A stretch of DNA of 64,000 nucleotides. Source: an uncultured Candidatus Saccharibacteria bacterium. GTDB taxonomy: Bacteria; Patescibacteriota; Doudnabacteria; UBA920. The stretch lies in contig CAZQMO010000003.1 in NCBI GenBank assembly GCA_964594755.1, positions 2,516 through 66,515 of the forward strand. The letters are read 5' to 3'. The translations under genes and the position numbers were made by a program. Shown here piece by piece: positions 20,545-29,211 of the stretch (the first letter of the stretch is position 1; every line of letters begins with the position of its first letter). The notes under the pieces were generated by a model. It had not been told where the DNA came from, made no database searches, and saw only the letters and a list, made by a program, of their open reading frames with translations.

Positions 20545-23517
20545 CTAAACTTCGATTAGCCCGAGCCAAATCGCAGCGCCGTTAACACTAGCTTGGGTCT
20601 CATAATCAGCATCGACTTCCAGATTGGTCTTGATCTGATTGATGAAGGTCTTTTTACGGTCTACTAAGTTGGTTAACGCGTGAACTAATTGATCGTCAGT
20701 ACTGTTATAGTACAAATCAACTATCTGTCCGACTTTTAGACCGCTCTTCTTACGCAAATCCTGAATAGCGCGTTCCAAATCTCGAGCCACGCCTTCGGCT
20801 TTGAGCTCATCAGTAAGTTCGGTGTTCAAGGCCACCGACAAATTCCCGGCTTCCTTGCTCACCCAACCGGAACGAGAAATCAACTCAGTGTTAGTAACTT
20901 TCTTAACATTCAATTCTTCGGCAATAATCTGCTGAAGAGATTCATCTAGATTGAGTTCGTCTTCTTTGAATGAATACTGTAACTCAGCCAACGGTTGTCG
21001 TACTTTAAGATTTTGTTCTTTACGGAGTGAAAGCCCTAACTCTACGATTTGTCTAAGTGCAGTCATTTCATCCAGAATGCTCTGCCGATACTCGCGAACT
21101 TGGGTCCAAGATGACAAATGCACAGATTCTTGGCTCGATAAATCTCTATAGATGACTTCGCTCAGATACGGCATAAACGGTGCTAACATTTTACTGATCT
21201 CGACTAAGCTAAAACCAAGCACGCGCAAAGCTGTTCGAGAATCCTCTGTGCCAAGCTTAATGCGATCGCGACTACGACGCACATACCAAGTTGAAAGCTC
21301 AGTAATCAAGGCACTAATCGCCCGTCCTGCTTTGACTGTGTTGTAACTATCAAGATATTTGGTAACTTCGGCATGAGTTTCAAATAACTTTGCCAACATC
21401 CAGACATCAAGACTATGGGTAACAGTCGGTACTTCCGAACTTACTGTGTCTTTGCTGTACATACGGTAGAACTGCCAAGTGTTCCAAAAAATTAAGCTCA
21501 GCTTGCGATTCACCTCTGCTATGCCAGTTTCGGAAAAGTTTAAATCCTCCCCGACTACCACAGGACTGGTTAATAAATAGAAGCGCATCGGGTCTACGCC
21601 GTAACGCTCAATTAACAGGTTCGGGTCTTCAAAGTTCTTTTTGGATTTTGACATCTTGGCGCCATCTTCGGCCAAGACTGTTCCGGTAGTGACAACGTTG
21701 CGGAAAGGAGCTTTGTCAAAAATAATCGTGCTAAAGACATGCATGACGTAAAACCAAGCGCGAGTTTGCGGAATATATTCGGCCACAAAATCAGCAGGCA
21801 AGCGCTGTTCCAGCAAATCCTGATTCTCAAACGGCGCGTGCAATTCTGCAAACGGCATACTAGCTGATTCCACCCAGCAATCCACTACTTCTGGGATGCG
21901 AGCCATAGTACCTTCACACTTCTGACAACGAATTTTAATTTTATCTATATACGGACGATGTAAATCGAGTTGCTGTAACTCACTTGGTTTATAGTTAGGA
22001 TAAATTTCTTCAAAGTTTGTGCTTTGCGTTTTTAATTCCTCTACCGAACCAATACAAACTTTGTTATCACAATCTTCAGTCTCACACTTCCAAAACGGCA
22101 AAGCAGTGGCCCAGTAACGATTGCGGGAAATATTCCAATCCGGAGCATTCTGAATCCCTTGTGCGAATCGGCCCTGTTTAAGATGCTCAGGATACCAATT
22201 GATATCTTCATTGAGTTCTAGTAAGCGGGATTTAATCTGTTGGATATTAATAAACCATGCAGACAAAGCGGAATAATATAGAGGGGTACCGCAGCGCCAA
22301 CAGTGCGGATAACTATGGGTATAATTATGAGTTTTGTAAACTAGGTTGTTTGCGGACAACTCATCTAGCACAATCCGGTCAGCATCCTTAAAGAACTTGC
22401 CGCGCAAACTTTCTGGCGCAACATCCATGTACTCGCCTTTATTGTCCAGCATCTGCTGACGAGGTAAATTGCGGCGCTTGGCGGCGGCAAAATCTTCTTC
22501 ACCATACATAGCGGCGTTATGAACAATTCCTGTGCCGTCTTCGGTGGTTACAAAGTCCTCGATATAAATTTTATGAGCTGTATTGTTTTCATCAGTAATT
22601 ACGCCAGGGTAAAGTGGTTCGTAGGTTAAACCTTCCAAAGAACGAGCACTAACTTCGGCTTTAACTTCGTAATCACCTTCTAAGATTTCTAAACGATCTT
22701 TGGCTAAAATATATATTTCACCATTTTGCTCTACTATTACATAAGTAATGTCTGGTCCTACATTCAAGGCTGTATTACCCGGTAAAGTCCAGGGAGTAGT
22801 GGTCCAAGCCAAAGCATAAGTTAATTCATTGCTCATGAAATCTAAGATGCGTTGACCGGGTTGAAGTTTGAACTTCACAAACACAGATTCTTCAGTAACA
22901 TCTTGATAGCTGTTATCCATAGCTACCTCAAAATTAGATAGCGGGGTTTCGCAGCGACTACAATAGAGCAGCACTTTAAAATCTTCGTAGATTAAACCCT
23001 TATCCCAAACTTGTTTGATTCCCCACCAGACACTTTCCATGAAAGTTGTGTCCATGGTTTTATAAGAATTCTCGAAGTTAACCCAGCGACCCATACGCGC
23101 CACGGTCTTCCCCCATTCTTCAGCGTAAGTTAAAACGCTTTCGCGACAGGTGGCATTAAATTTATCTACACCAATTTCTTCGATTTGTTTTTTGCCAGAA
23201 ATACCCAGCTTGGCTTCTACAATGTTTTCGATTGGTAAACCGTGACAGTCCCAGCCCCAGACACGGCGTACATACTTACCTTTCATGGTTTGGTAACGAC
23301 CAATGGCATCCTTGACTGCAGAAATTAAAATATGGCCATGATGAGGCAAGCCCGTAGCAAAAGGTGGGCCATCGTAAAATACAAAGGGCGCTTTGTTTTT
23401 TGTTTGGTCTAGCGACTTCTCAAAAATATTGTTGGATTTCCAAAACTCAAGAACTGATAATTCTTGTTCATTAAAATCCGGGGCGTTTGAATGCGGTTTT
23501 TGATTCTGTTCTGACAT
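20545..23517 (-). CDS. ileS: isoleucine--tRNA ligase
   Basis: 990 aa. HIGH-class motif PFATGLPHHGH and KMSKS (AKMSKSKKN). A C-terminal zinc-finger Cys cluster is present. Confidence 0.95.
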   Translation of the reverse strand: MSEQNQKPHSNAPDFNEQELSVLEFWKSNNIFEKSLDQTKNKAPFVFYDGPPFATGLPHHGHILISAVKDAIGRYQTMKGKYVRRVWGWDCHGLPIENIVEAKLGISGKKQIEEIGVDKFNATCRESVLTYAEEWGKTVARMGRWVNFENSYKTMDTTFMESVWWGIKQVWDKGLIYEDFKVLLYCSRCETPLSNFEVAMDNSYQDVTEESVFVKFKLQPGQRILDFMSNELTYALAWTTTPWTLPGNTALNVGPDITYVIVEQNGEIYILAKDRLEILEGDYEVKAEVSARSLEGLTYEPLYPGVITDENNTAHKIYIEDFVTTEDGTGIVHNAAMYGEEDFAAAKRRNLPRQQMLDNKGEYMDVAPESLRGKFFKDADRIVLDELSANNLVYKTHNYTHSYPHCWRCGTPLYYSALSAWFINIQQIKSRLLELNEDINWYPEHLKQGRFAQGIQNAPDWNISRNRYWATALPFWKCETEDCDNKVCIGSVEELKTQSTNFEEIYPNYKPSELQQLDLHRPYIDKIKIRCQKCEGTMARIPEVVDCWVESASMPFAELHAPFENQDLLEQRLPADFVAEYIPQTRAWFYVMHVFSTIIFDKAPFRNVVTTGTVLAEDGAKMSKSKKNFEDPNLLIERYGVDPMRFYLLTSPVVVGEDLNFSETGIAEVNRKLSLIFWNTWQFYRMYSKDTVSSEVPTVTHSLDVWMLAKLFETHAEVTKYLDSYNTVKAGRAISALITELSTWYVRRSRDRIKLGTEDSRTALRVLGFSLVEISKMLAPFMPYLSEVIYRDLSSQESVHLSSWTQVREYRQSILDEMTALRQIVELGLSLRKEQNLKVRQPLAELQYSFKEDELNLDESLQQIIAEELNVKKVTNTELISRSGWVSKEAGNLSVALNTELTDELKAEGVARDLERAIQDLRKKSGLKVGQIVDLYYNSTDDQLVHALTNLVDRKKTFINQIKTNLEVDADYETQASVNGAAIWLGLIEV

Positions 23518-23540
23518 AATATTCCATTGTATATTACTTA

Positions 23541-23706
23541 CTTGTTTGAGCCAAGTTCGAGGAGCAAGCTGCGGATGGCGCGAGCCGTAGTAAAGCTACG
23601 GTGAGCGACAACGTAAAGATTGCGACAAAGAAATTGGCCAAACCCCGAAGGGGTGAGCTTGGCTGAAAGTCTGAATTTACTTCAGACTGAAGCCAGCGAA
23701 CAAGAG
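23541..23706. ncRNA. conserved structured noncoding element, copy A (between argS and ileS)
   Basis: Shares about 70% identity over roughly 100 nt with 44512..44620. Shared blocks: GTTCG, a hairpin CCGTAG-TAAAG-CTACGG followed by GTGAGC, and a near-identical 21-mer GCGACAAAGAAATtGGCCAAA. Copy A also contains CCCCGAAGGGG (a UUCG tetraloop hairpin on the minus strand). The strand of any transcript is unknown. Confidence 0.5.
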
Positions 23707-23714
23707 AGTAATAA

Positions 23715-25451
23715 TTACATTTCCTTTGGTGCCTGGACTCCTAATAAGGTGAGTCCATTGCTTAATACTGTTGCGGTAGAACGAATGATGGCAATACGGA
23801 AAAGCTGTTTCTGCTCATCGGTTTCTTTGAGAATTGGCACAGCCTCATAAAACGAGTTAAAAATTTGTGACAGCTCATAAAGATAATTACAAATCACGTT
23901 CGGCGTATAGTTGGTAGCGGCTTGTTCAACAACTTCGGCAAACTGGTTCAACTTTCGCAGCACACTGAGTTCTTGTTCACTAATTTCGTCAGGTTGAGCA
24001 ATCTGGCTATCTTCGGAAATCTGACCTTTGCGCAGAATCCCGTTGATTCGAGCGTGAGTATATTGTAAATAAGGGCCGGTATTTCCTTCAAATGATAGCG
24101 CTTTCTCCCAAGTGAATACAATGTCGCTCTTATAGTTATGGGACAGGTCAAAGTACTTGAGCGCCGCGCGCATCACCTGGCCAGCCACCTGCTCTTTTTG
24201 GGACAAAGCGGGATTCTTATCTTGAATAATCGCCAAAGCTTTTTCTTGGGCTTTGTTAATCAATTCTTTAGCGCCAATCATGGTTCCTTTGCGCGTGCTC
24301 ATCTGGCCTTCCGGAAGACTGAGAACGCCATAGGCGATATGAACTGCTTCTTCTGGCGAAGTAATGACCCCTAGTAATTCCAAAATCTTAAAGGTCTGAG
24401 CCAGGGTGTGAGTCTGGCGATTATCTACAACGTAAAGCTGCTTATCAAACCCTTCTTGCTTTCGAAAAATATAAGTTGCTAAATCGCGCAGTAAGTAAGT
24501 CGTGCCGCCGTCTCCTTTCACGACAACCGCAACACCTAAACCACGATCCTCCAAATCTACAATTTGCGCTCCTTGCGATTCCTTTAGCAAACCCTTAGCT
24601 CTGAGCATGTCCAAAACTTGAGGCATTTTGTCGGCATAAAAACTTTCTGGCCAATCATGATCAGACTTGCGGATCTCTAAATCATCATAGATAACCTTGT
24701 ACTCGCTCCAGCTCCAGTCCTTAAACTGCTGCCATAAAGCAATATTCTCCTCATCGCCCTGTTCTAGTTTTACAAACTCTTGTTTGCCTTGTTCACGCAA
24801 AGATTCATCGCCTTCCATTTCCGCATTAATCTTTATATAAAGTTTATTCAGCTCATTAATCGGATCGCTAGCAATCTGATTATCATCGCCCCACTTCTTA
24901 TAAGCTAAAATCAGCAAACCAAACTGCGTACCCCAATCGCCCAAATGGGTATCGCTCTCCACATCGTACCCCGTGAACTTCAAAATTCGAAAAATGCTGT
25001 CGCCGATGATTGCTGTGCGCAAGTGCCCCAAGTGAAGAGGCTTAGCAATGTTAGGCTGAAAATATTCAACTAAGATTTTTTTGCCAGCGCCAATATCGCT
25101 CTGCCCATAACTCTCGCCGCTTTGCTGAATCTTGCGCAAGTTATTAGCCAAATAAGATTCAGATAACCAAAAATTAAGAAACCCACCAGCTGATTCAATC
25201 TTGGAAAAAGTCTTTTGGTGATCAAGCGCAGCAACTTTTTCTGCTAACACGGCCGCAAATCCTGCCGGAGAGTCTGCCGGAGCGTTGTTAAATTTTTTAA
25301 ACAACACCATTGCGGCATTGGAAGCATAATCCCCAAAGCCAGGCTTGGGATAGGACACATCAATCAATCCCGAACCAAAAACCTCCTCTGCCTCTTGAGG
25401 AGAAATTTGCTCAACAGCTTCTTTAATTAGTGCCGAAATATAGGCTTTCAT
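23715..25451 (-). CDS. argS: arginine--tRNA ligase
   Basis: 578 aa. HIGH-like PLHLGHLR motif with ArgS-typical N-terminal and anticodon-binding arrangement. Confidence 0.95.
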   Translation of the reverse strand: MKAYISALIKEAVEQISPQEAEEVFGSGLIDVSYPKPGFGDYASNAAMVLFKKFNNAPADSPAGFAAVLAEKVAALDHQKTFSKIESAGGFLNFWLSESYLANNLRKIQQSGESYGQSDIGAGKKILVEYFQPNIAKPLHLGHLRTAIIGDSIFRILKFTGYDVESDTHLGDWGTQFGLLILAYKKWGDDNQIASDPINELNKLYIKINAEMEGDESLREQGKQEFVKLEQGDEENIALWQQFKDWSWSEYKVIYDDLEIRKSDHDWPESFYADKMPQVLDMLRAKGLLKESQGAQIVDLEDRGLGVAVVVKGDGGTTYLLRDLATYIFRKQEGFDKQLYVVDNRQTHTLAQTFKILELLGVITSPEEAVHIAYGVLSLPEGQMSTRKGTMIGAKELINKAQEKALAIIQDKNPALSQKEQVAGQVMRAALKYFDLSHNYKSDIVFTWEKALSFEGNTGPYLQYTHARINGILRKGQISEDSQIAQPDEISEQELSVLRKLNQFAEVVEQAATNYTPNVICNYLYELSQIFNSFYEAVPILKETDEQKQLFRIAIIRSTATVLSNGLTLLGVQAPKEM

Positions 25452-25552
25452 AAGCTAAATTATAGCTTTTTTATTAGAGAAATAAAAGTTGCTTCAAATT
25501 TGAGTTTTTCTTGGAATGGATTTGATAACTATTATGCCAAGCTATACGCAGT

Positions 25553-25626
25553 GGGGCGGGCTCATCGGTATGACGAAGCGGATCGTCACCCCTTTGCAGC
25601 GGGTTCGACTCCCGTCCGCTCCACCA
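25553..25626 (+). ncRNA. tRNA-like element resembling a tmRNA tRNA-like domain without the mRNA-like domain
   Basis: GGGGCGG...CCGCTCC-A-CCA forms a 7-bp acceptor stem with G3:U70 and discriminator A73 (alanine identity elements). T-arm is GCGGG-TTCGACT-CCCGT. The D-loop analogue GGTATGACG and the 3' end are nearly identical to E. coli and local tmRNA termini. The anticodon arm is replaced by a hairpin TGACGA-agcgga-TCGTCA with a 6-nt loop. Only 74 nt long. Confidence 0.5.
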
Positions 25627-25701
25627 CACTTGAAAAGGCGTTCATATGCATGGTATGATGTGCATGACGATCCGCTTCTCAAAATCTTACCGAGAGCCTG
25701 T

Positions 25702-25730
25702 AAAAAGCCGCCATGAGGCGGCTTTTGCTT
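25702..25730 (+). terminator. intrinsic terminator
   Basis: aaaaAGCCGCCatgaGGCGGCTtttgctttt. Confidence 0.6.
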
Positions 25731-25733
25731 TTC

Positions 25734-25742
25734 TGATATAAT
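25734..25742 (+). promoter_or_regulatory. extended -10 promoter (TGaTATAAT) giving a probable leaderless smpB mRNA
   Basis: TGnTATAAT at 25734..25742 ends 6 nt before the smpB ATG at 25749. No SD is possible at that distance. Confidence 0.35.
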
Positions 25743-25748
25743 AGACAT

Positions 25749-26186
25749 ATGAAATCTTTAGCCCAGAACAAGCGAGCCAAATTCGACTACGACATCAAAG
25801 ATACTTTTGATGCCGGTTTAATATTGGAAGGGCGAGAGGTTAAATCGGCAAAGGAAGGCAATATCTCGCTAGCCGGAAGCTATGTGAAAGTGTCAGCTAC
25901 TGGCGCTAGCTTAGTGAATGCCCACATTGGCCCTTATAAGTATGCGCCACAAGAAGGTTATGAACCAACCCAAAGCCGCAAGTTGTTGTTGAATAAGCGC
26001 GAACTTAATCAACTCCTAGGTAAAGAAAAAGGCACCGTAATTATTCCGCTAGAAATTTTCATTGGTCCTCGCAATCTGGTAAAGCTAAAAATCGGAGTTG
26101 GCCGCGGCCGCAAGAAAACCGACAAGCGCGAGTACATTAAAGAGCGCGATACCAAGCGCGAAGCCCGTAAGGCCACCGACCGATAA
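25749..26186 (+). CDS. smpB: SsrA-binding protein SmpB
   Basis: 145 aa. N-terminus LAQNKRAKFDY and a basic C-terminal tail (GRGRKKTDKREYIKERD) typical of SmpB. Confidence 0.9.
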   Translation: MKSLAQNKRAKFDYDIKDTFDAGLILEGREVKSAKEGNISLAGSYVKVSATGASLVNAHIGPYKYAPQEGYEPTQSRKLLLNKRELNQLLGKEKGTVIIPLEIFIGPRNLVKLKIGVGRGRKKTDKREYIKERDTKREARKATDR

Positions 26187-26202
26187 CTTGAAATAAAATT
26201 GA

Positions 26203-26227
26203 AACAGGATTTAGCAATCCTGTTTTA
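26203..26227 (+). terminator. intrinsic terminator
   Basis: AACAGGAtttagcaATCCTGTTTT. Confidence 0.6.
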
Positions 26228-26237
26228 CAATTAAACC

Positions 26238-26795
26238 ATGAAACTCAATCGCGATTTAATCTACATAACCATCATTGTCTGTTTAATCGCCGCGCTCGGC
26301 CAACTTTACTACTCTTTGGTTTGGCATCCAGCCTGGCAAGAAGCCCAAAGCCGCGAGGTACAGATTTATTATAACCGCGATGTCGCAGCCAATGAGTTAG
26401 TCATTGAGCAAATCCAACAAGCCGAAAAATTTGTATACTTTGCAATTTACACCTTTACCCGCGAAGATATTAAAGATGCTCTTATATCTGCCAAACAACG
26501 TGGCTTAGATGTTCATGGTTTAGTTGATAAAAAACAAAGCATGGAGCTACAACCCCAAGCTAAGATAATAGCAGAACTGCAAGGCGTCGGAATCCCAATT
26601 GAATTCAACGACCACAGTGCCATTATGCATCTTAAAACTTTAGTGACTGATAAAAGCTTTATTAGTGGTTCTTACAACTGGACAGCAAGCGCCACCGAGC
26701 GCAACGACGAAATTATAGAGATTGGCCGGGACGAAGAACTGCGGCGCAGCTATCAAAAATTACTAGAAACTTTGCTCCGTAAATATTCATACTAA
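26238..26795 (+). CDS. phospholipase D-like (HKD) domain protein, Nuc-like
   Basis: 185 aa with an N-terminal TM or signal segment and an HxK(x4)D motif (AIMHLKTLVTDKSFISGSYNWTASAT). Confidence 0.65.
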   Translation: MKLNRDLIYITIIVCLIAALGQLYYSLVWHPAWQEAQSREVQIYYNRDVAANELVIEQIQQAEKFVYFAIYTFTREDIKDALISAKQRGLDVHGLVDKKQSMELQPQAKIIAELQGVGIPIEFNDHSAIMHLKTLVTDKSFISGSYNWTASATERNDEIIEIGRDEELRRSYQKLLETLLRKYSY

Positions 26796-26816
26796 CTAGT
26801 GTGATATAATACAGCA

Positions 26817-27095
26817 ATGGACACTATTACACTCACAGATTTATTTTTCATCGTAACTGGTATCGCCGTAATTTTTATTACAGCTTTTATTGTCATCGCG
26901 CTAATCTACTTCATTATGTTCTTGCGCACCTTAAAAGCAATTGCTGACCAAGCCAGCCGAGCAGGAAAATTCATTGTTGATGATCTTGGTGAATTAAGTA
27001 AAAACATTAAACAAGAAGGTTTTAAGTTAGGTTCGTTCCTAAAATTTATTTTCAGGATGAAATCTAAAGTTAAACAAGCTAAAGGAAAGAAGTAA
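26817..27095 (+). CDS. small membrane protein
   Basis: 92 aa with a TM helix (FFIVTGIAVIFITAFIVIALIYFIMFL). Its stop overlaps the next start. Confidence 0.5.
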   Translation: MDTITLTDLFFIVTGIAVIFITAFIVIALIYFIMFLRTLKAIADQASRAGKFIVDDLGELSKNIKQEGFKLGSFLKFIFRMKSKVKQAKGKK

Positions 27096-27096
27096 T

Positions 27097-27522
27097 ATGA
27101 AAAAATCACAAAAACAAGCTATCGCAGTTGGCGCCGGGGTTGCAGCCATCGCTGCAGCAGCAACTGCTGCCTATTTTCTGACTGGTAAGAACGCTAAAAA
27201 TCGCAAAAAAATAGCCAAGTGGGCAAAAGACATGCAGGCTGATGTAGCCAAAGAAGTCGGCAAAGCCAGTAAGCTTACTAAAGCTACCTACAGCAAAACT
27301 ATTGACCAGGTTGCCAAGCACTACAAGAATCTCAAAAATGTTGATACCCCTGAATTAGCTCAACTTGTTGCTGAACTTAAGGCACATTGGGATGTCATCA
27401 ACGAAGAAATCCAAAGTGCGAGTAAGAGCGTAAAGAAAGTTGTTCCAAAGGCAGTAAGATCAGTTGCCAAAAAAGTAAAGGTTGCAAGCACCAAGAAACC
27501 TGTTAAGAAATCTCGCCGCTAA
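27097..27522 (+). CDS. Lys/Ala-rich membrane-anchored protein
   Basis: 141 aa with an N-terminal TM helix (AIAVGAGVAAIAAAATAAYFL), then a K/A-rich helical region. Confidence 0.5.
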   Translation: MKKSQKQAIAVGAGVAAIAAAATAAYFLTGKNAKNRKKIAKWAKDMQADVAKEVGKASKLTKATYSKTIDQVAKHYKNLKNVDTPELAQLVAELKAHWDVINEEIQSASKSVKKVVPKAVRSVAKKVKVASTKKPVKKSRR

Positions 27523-27526
27523 ATTC

Positions 27527-27556
27527 AAACTCCCGAAAGGGAGTTTCTTTTTTTTA
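27527..27556 (+). terminator. intrinsic terminator
   Basis: AAACTCCCgaaaGGGAGTTTcttttttttt. Confidence 0.7.
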
Positions 27557-27583
27557 CTTTCACTGACAACCAAGTAGTATGCC

Positions 27584-27612
27584 TTGACAAAACCCTTATT
27601 TTACCGTACAAT
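27584..27612 (+). promoter_or_regulatory. sigma70-type promoter for ssrA
   Basis: TTGACA (27584..27589), a 17-nt spacer, then TACAAT (27607..27612). The tmRNA 5' end lies 9 nt downstream. Confidence 0.6.
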
Positions 27613-27621
27613 ATTGGCTAC

Positions 27622-28004
27622 CGGGGATGCCGGATTTTGACAGAACTTTGACATCATTTCATATACAAGCCGAGCCAGCTTGCAAGCTCGTAAATCTTAC
27701 AAGCATTCATACGTGCTAACGCATGGAACAAGGTCGTAGCAGCATTTTCTGCTGACTACGCACCTGCTGTAGCCTAACTTAGGTGAAAGCGCAGTCCTGT
27801 TGTCTACTCCGGCCACAGAGTCACTGCTTTATTAGGAGTTATAGCTGCGTCGTTTGATTAACGCGACTCAGCCGAATAGTTGTTAATCAACCTTTAGTTT
27901 AGTTGTCCGTTGTTAGACTAAAGGCACTTAAACGGACTAAGCTTGTGACCAATGAGATGGTGAACCAGTTTTGGACGCGGGTTTAACTCCCGCCATCTCC
28001 ACCA
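27622..28004 (+). ncRNA. ssrA: transfer-messenger RNA (tmRNA)
   Basis: 5' GGGGATG pairs with 3' CATCTCC-A-CCA, including G3:U70. The 3' end GGACGCGGGTTTAACTCCCGCCATCTCCACCA is nearly identical to E. coli tmRNA. An internal tag-like frame ends ...AAFSADYAPAVA-TAA. Flanked by a consensus promoter and a terminator. Confidence 0.85.
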
Positions 28005-28012
28005 CTAAAATT

Positions 28013-28036
28013 GCGCTTATATGAGCGCTTTTTTTA
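28013..28036 (+). terminator. intrinsic terminator of ssrA
   Basis: GCGCTTATatgAGCGCtttttttt. Confidence 0.7.
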
Positions 28037-28061
28037 TTAACACTTTTCTAATGCAAATTTA

Positions 28062-28550
28062 TTGAATAAAATAATAACAATTAATACAAAACATATGGAT
28101 TGTATATTTTGCAAAATTGTTTCAGGTGAATCTTCATCGTTTAAAGTTTGGGAGGACGAAAAACACGTAGCGTTTCTATCAATCTTTCCCAATACTGTTG
28201 GTGTAACAGTTGTTATTCCTAAACAACATTACCCGAGTTACATTTTTGATCTACCTGAAGATGTAATGATTGACTTAATCAAAGCTGCAAAGAAAGTAGC
28301 TAAAATTTTAGATACAAAACTAGATGATGTAGGTAGGACAGCAATGGTGTTTGAAGGATTTGGAGTTGACCATATACACGCCAAACTGTTTCCTATGCAT
28401 GGCACAAAGATAGATAATTGGAAACCAGTCAACTCTAATTTAAAAAAATACTTCGATAAATATGAAGGATATATTTCTTCCCACGATGCTGACCAAGCTG
28501 ATGAAAAAGAATTAGAAAAGCTAGCCAAAACTCTATTCGAATTAAAGTAA
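28062..28550 (+). CDS. HIT-family (histidine triad) hydrolase
   Basis: 162 aa. N-terminal CIFCKI and a histidine triad region (GVDHIHAKLFP). Confidence 0.75.
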   Translation: MNKIITINTKHMDCIFCKIVSGESSSFKVWEDEKHVAFLSIFPNTVGVTVVIPKQHYPSYIFDLPEDVMIDLIKAAKKVAKILDTKLDDVGRTAMVFEGFGVDHIHAKLFPMHGTKIDNWKPVNSNLKKYFDKYEGYISSHDADQADEKELEKLAKTLFELK

Positions 28551-28552
28551 GG

Positions 28553-29143
28553 TTATAACTTTCTAGCAATTATATCGAACACATGCCAATGCTTTGCTGA
28601 GCCATCAGCTGTTTTACCATCAAATTCCTTTTCTTCGAAATGAATCATATCCATATCCCCTAGGATAGCCATTGCAGTTTCTTTGGTAACAAAAGTTAGG
28701 TTAGGATTGTCTTTCCATCCATCACGGTCACCAAAAAACTGACCGCAAAAAATTCCATGTTCAACTAAAGAAGATTTAACTTTTTCAAATACTTTTTCGA
28801 AATCACTTTGGGGGGTGAAAGGTAATGAATATATTGCGGCAGCCACATCAAACTCATCCTTTGGAAAATCAAAATTCGAGAACGAACTAATAAAATAATG
28901 TAATTTATCTGATTCCACCTTGCTAGCTGCTTCTGCTATCACCTCTTCTTTATCAATGATAGTAGTTTCAAAACCTTTAGATAGCAAGAACAGAGTATCC
29001 TTCAAAGTTGCACCGCCGCCGATATCGATAGCCTTACCTATTGTTTCTACGTACTCCAAAGCTTTAATCAGCAAAGGGGATGGAGGATAATTTTTAGTGT
29101 TTTCGTAATAATTATCCCAGTTGTTTATAGATTTATTATTCAT
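28553..29143 (-). CDS. SAM-dependent methyltransferase (class I)
   Basis: 196 aa with a glycine-rich SAM motif (KAIDIGGGATLKDTLFLLSKGFETTIIDKE). It is the last gene of the minus-strand peptide operon. Confidence 0.7.
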   Translation of the reverse strand: MNNKSINNWDNYYENTKNYPPSPLLIKALEYVETIGKAIDIGGGATLKDTLFLLSKGFETTIIDKEEVIAEAASKVESDKLHYFISSFSNFDFPKDEFDVAAAIYSLPFTPQSDFEKVFEKVKSSLVEHGIFCGQFFGDRDGWKDNPNLTFVTKETAMAILGDMDMIHFEEKEFDGKTADGSAKHWHVFDIIARKL

Positions 29144-29211
29144 ATATTAAGTATATATTAAAATTGGGCGCAGCACATATTGAATGTACCACGCCCGCTA
29201 GCTTTTCAGCT

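Noticed and set aside
23518-23714. T-box riboswitch upstream of ileS
   Set aside because: The minus-strand leader lacks the conserved T-box sequence (AGGGTGGNACCGCG) and a specifier-loop context. A paralogous copy also precedes nrdA, which is not an aminoacyl-tRNA-related gene.
23620-23850. 76-aa plus-strand ORF spanning the argS 3' end and element A
   Set aside because: It is antisense to argS and crosses a structured noncoding element.
25553-25626. Reading the smpB-proximal element as the genome's tmRNA or as a canonical tRNA-Ala
   Set aside because: A full one-piece tmRNA with promoter and terminator is present at 27622..28004. The 74-nt element has no anticodon arm. Its hairpin has a 6-nt loop, and the alternative anticodon-stem fold destroys the T-arm. 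It also has no room for a tag ORF. It is kept as a tRNA-like element rather than a tRNA or tmRNA.
25516-25748. ORFs 25516..25716 (+) and 25542..25748 (-)
   Set aside because: Both overlap the tRNA-like element and its terminator. Their translations contain stop-proximal junk, so the locus is better explained as RNA.
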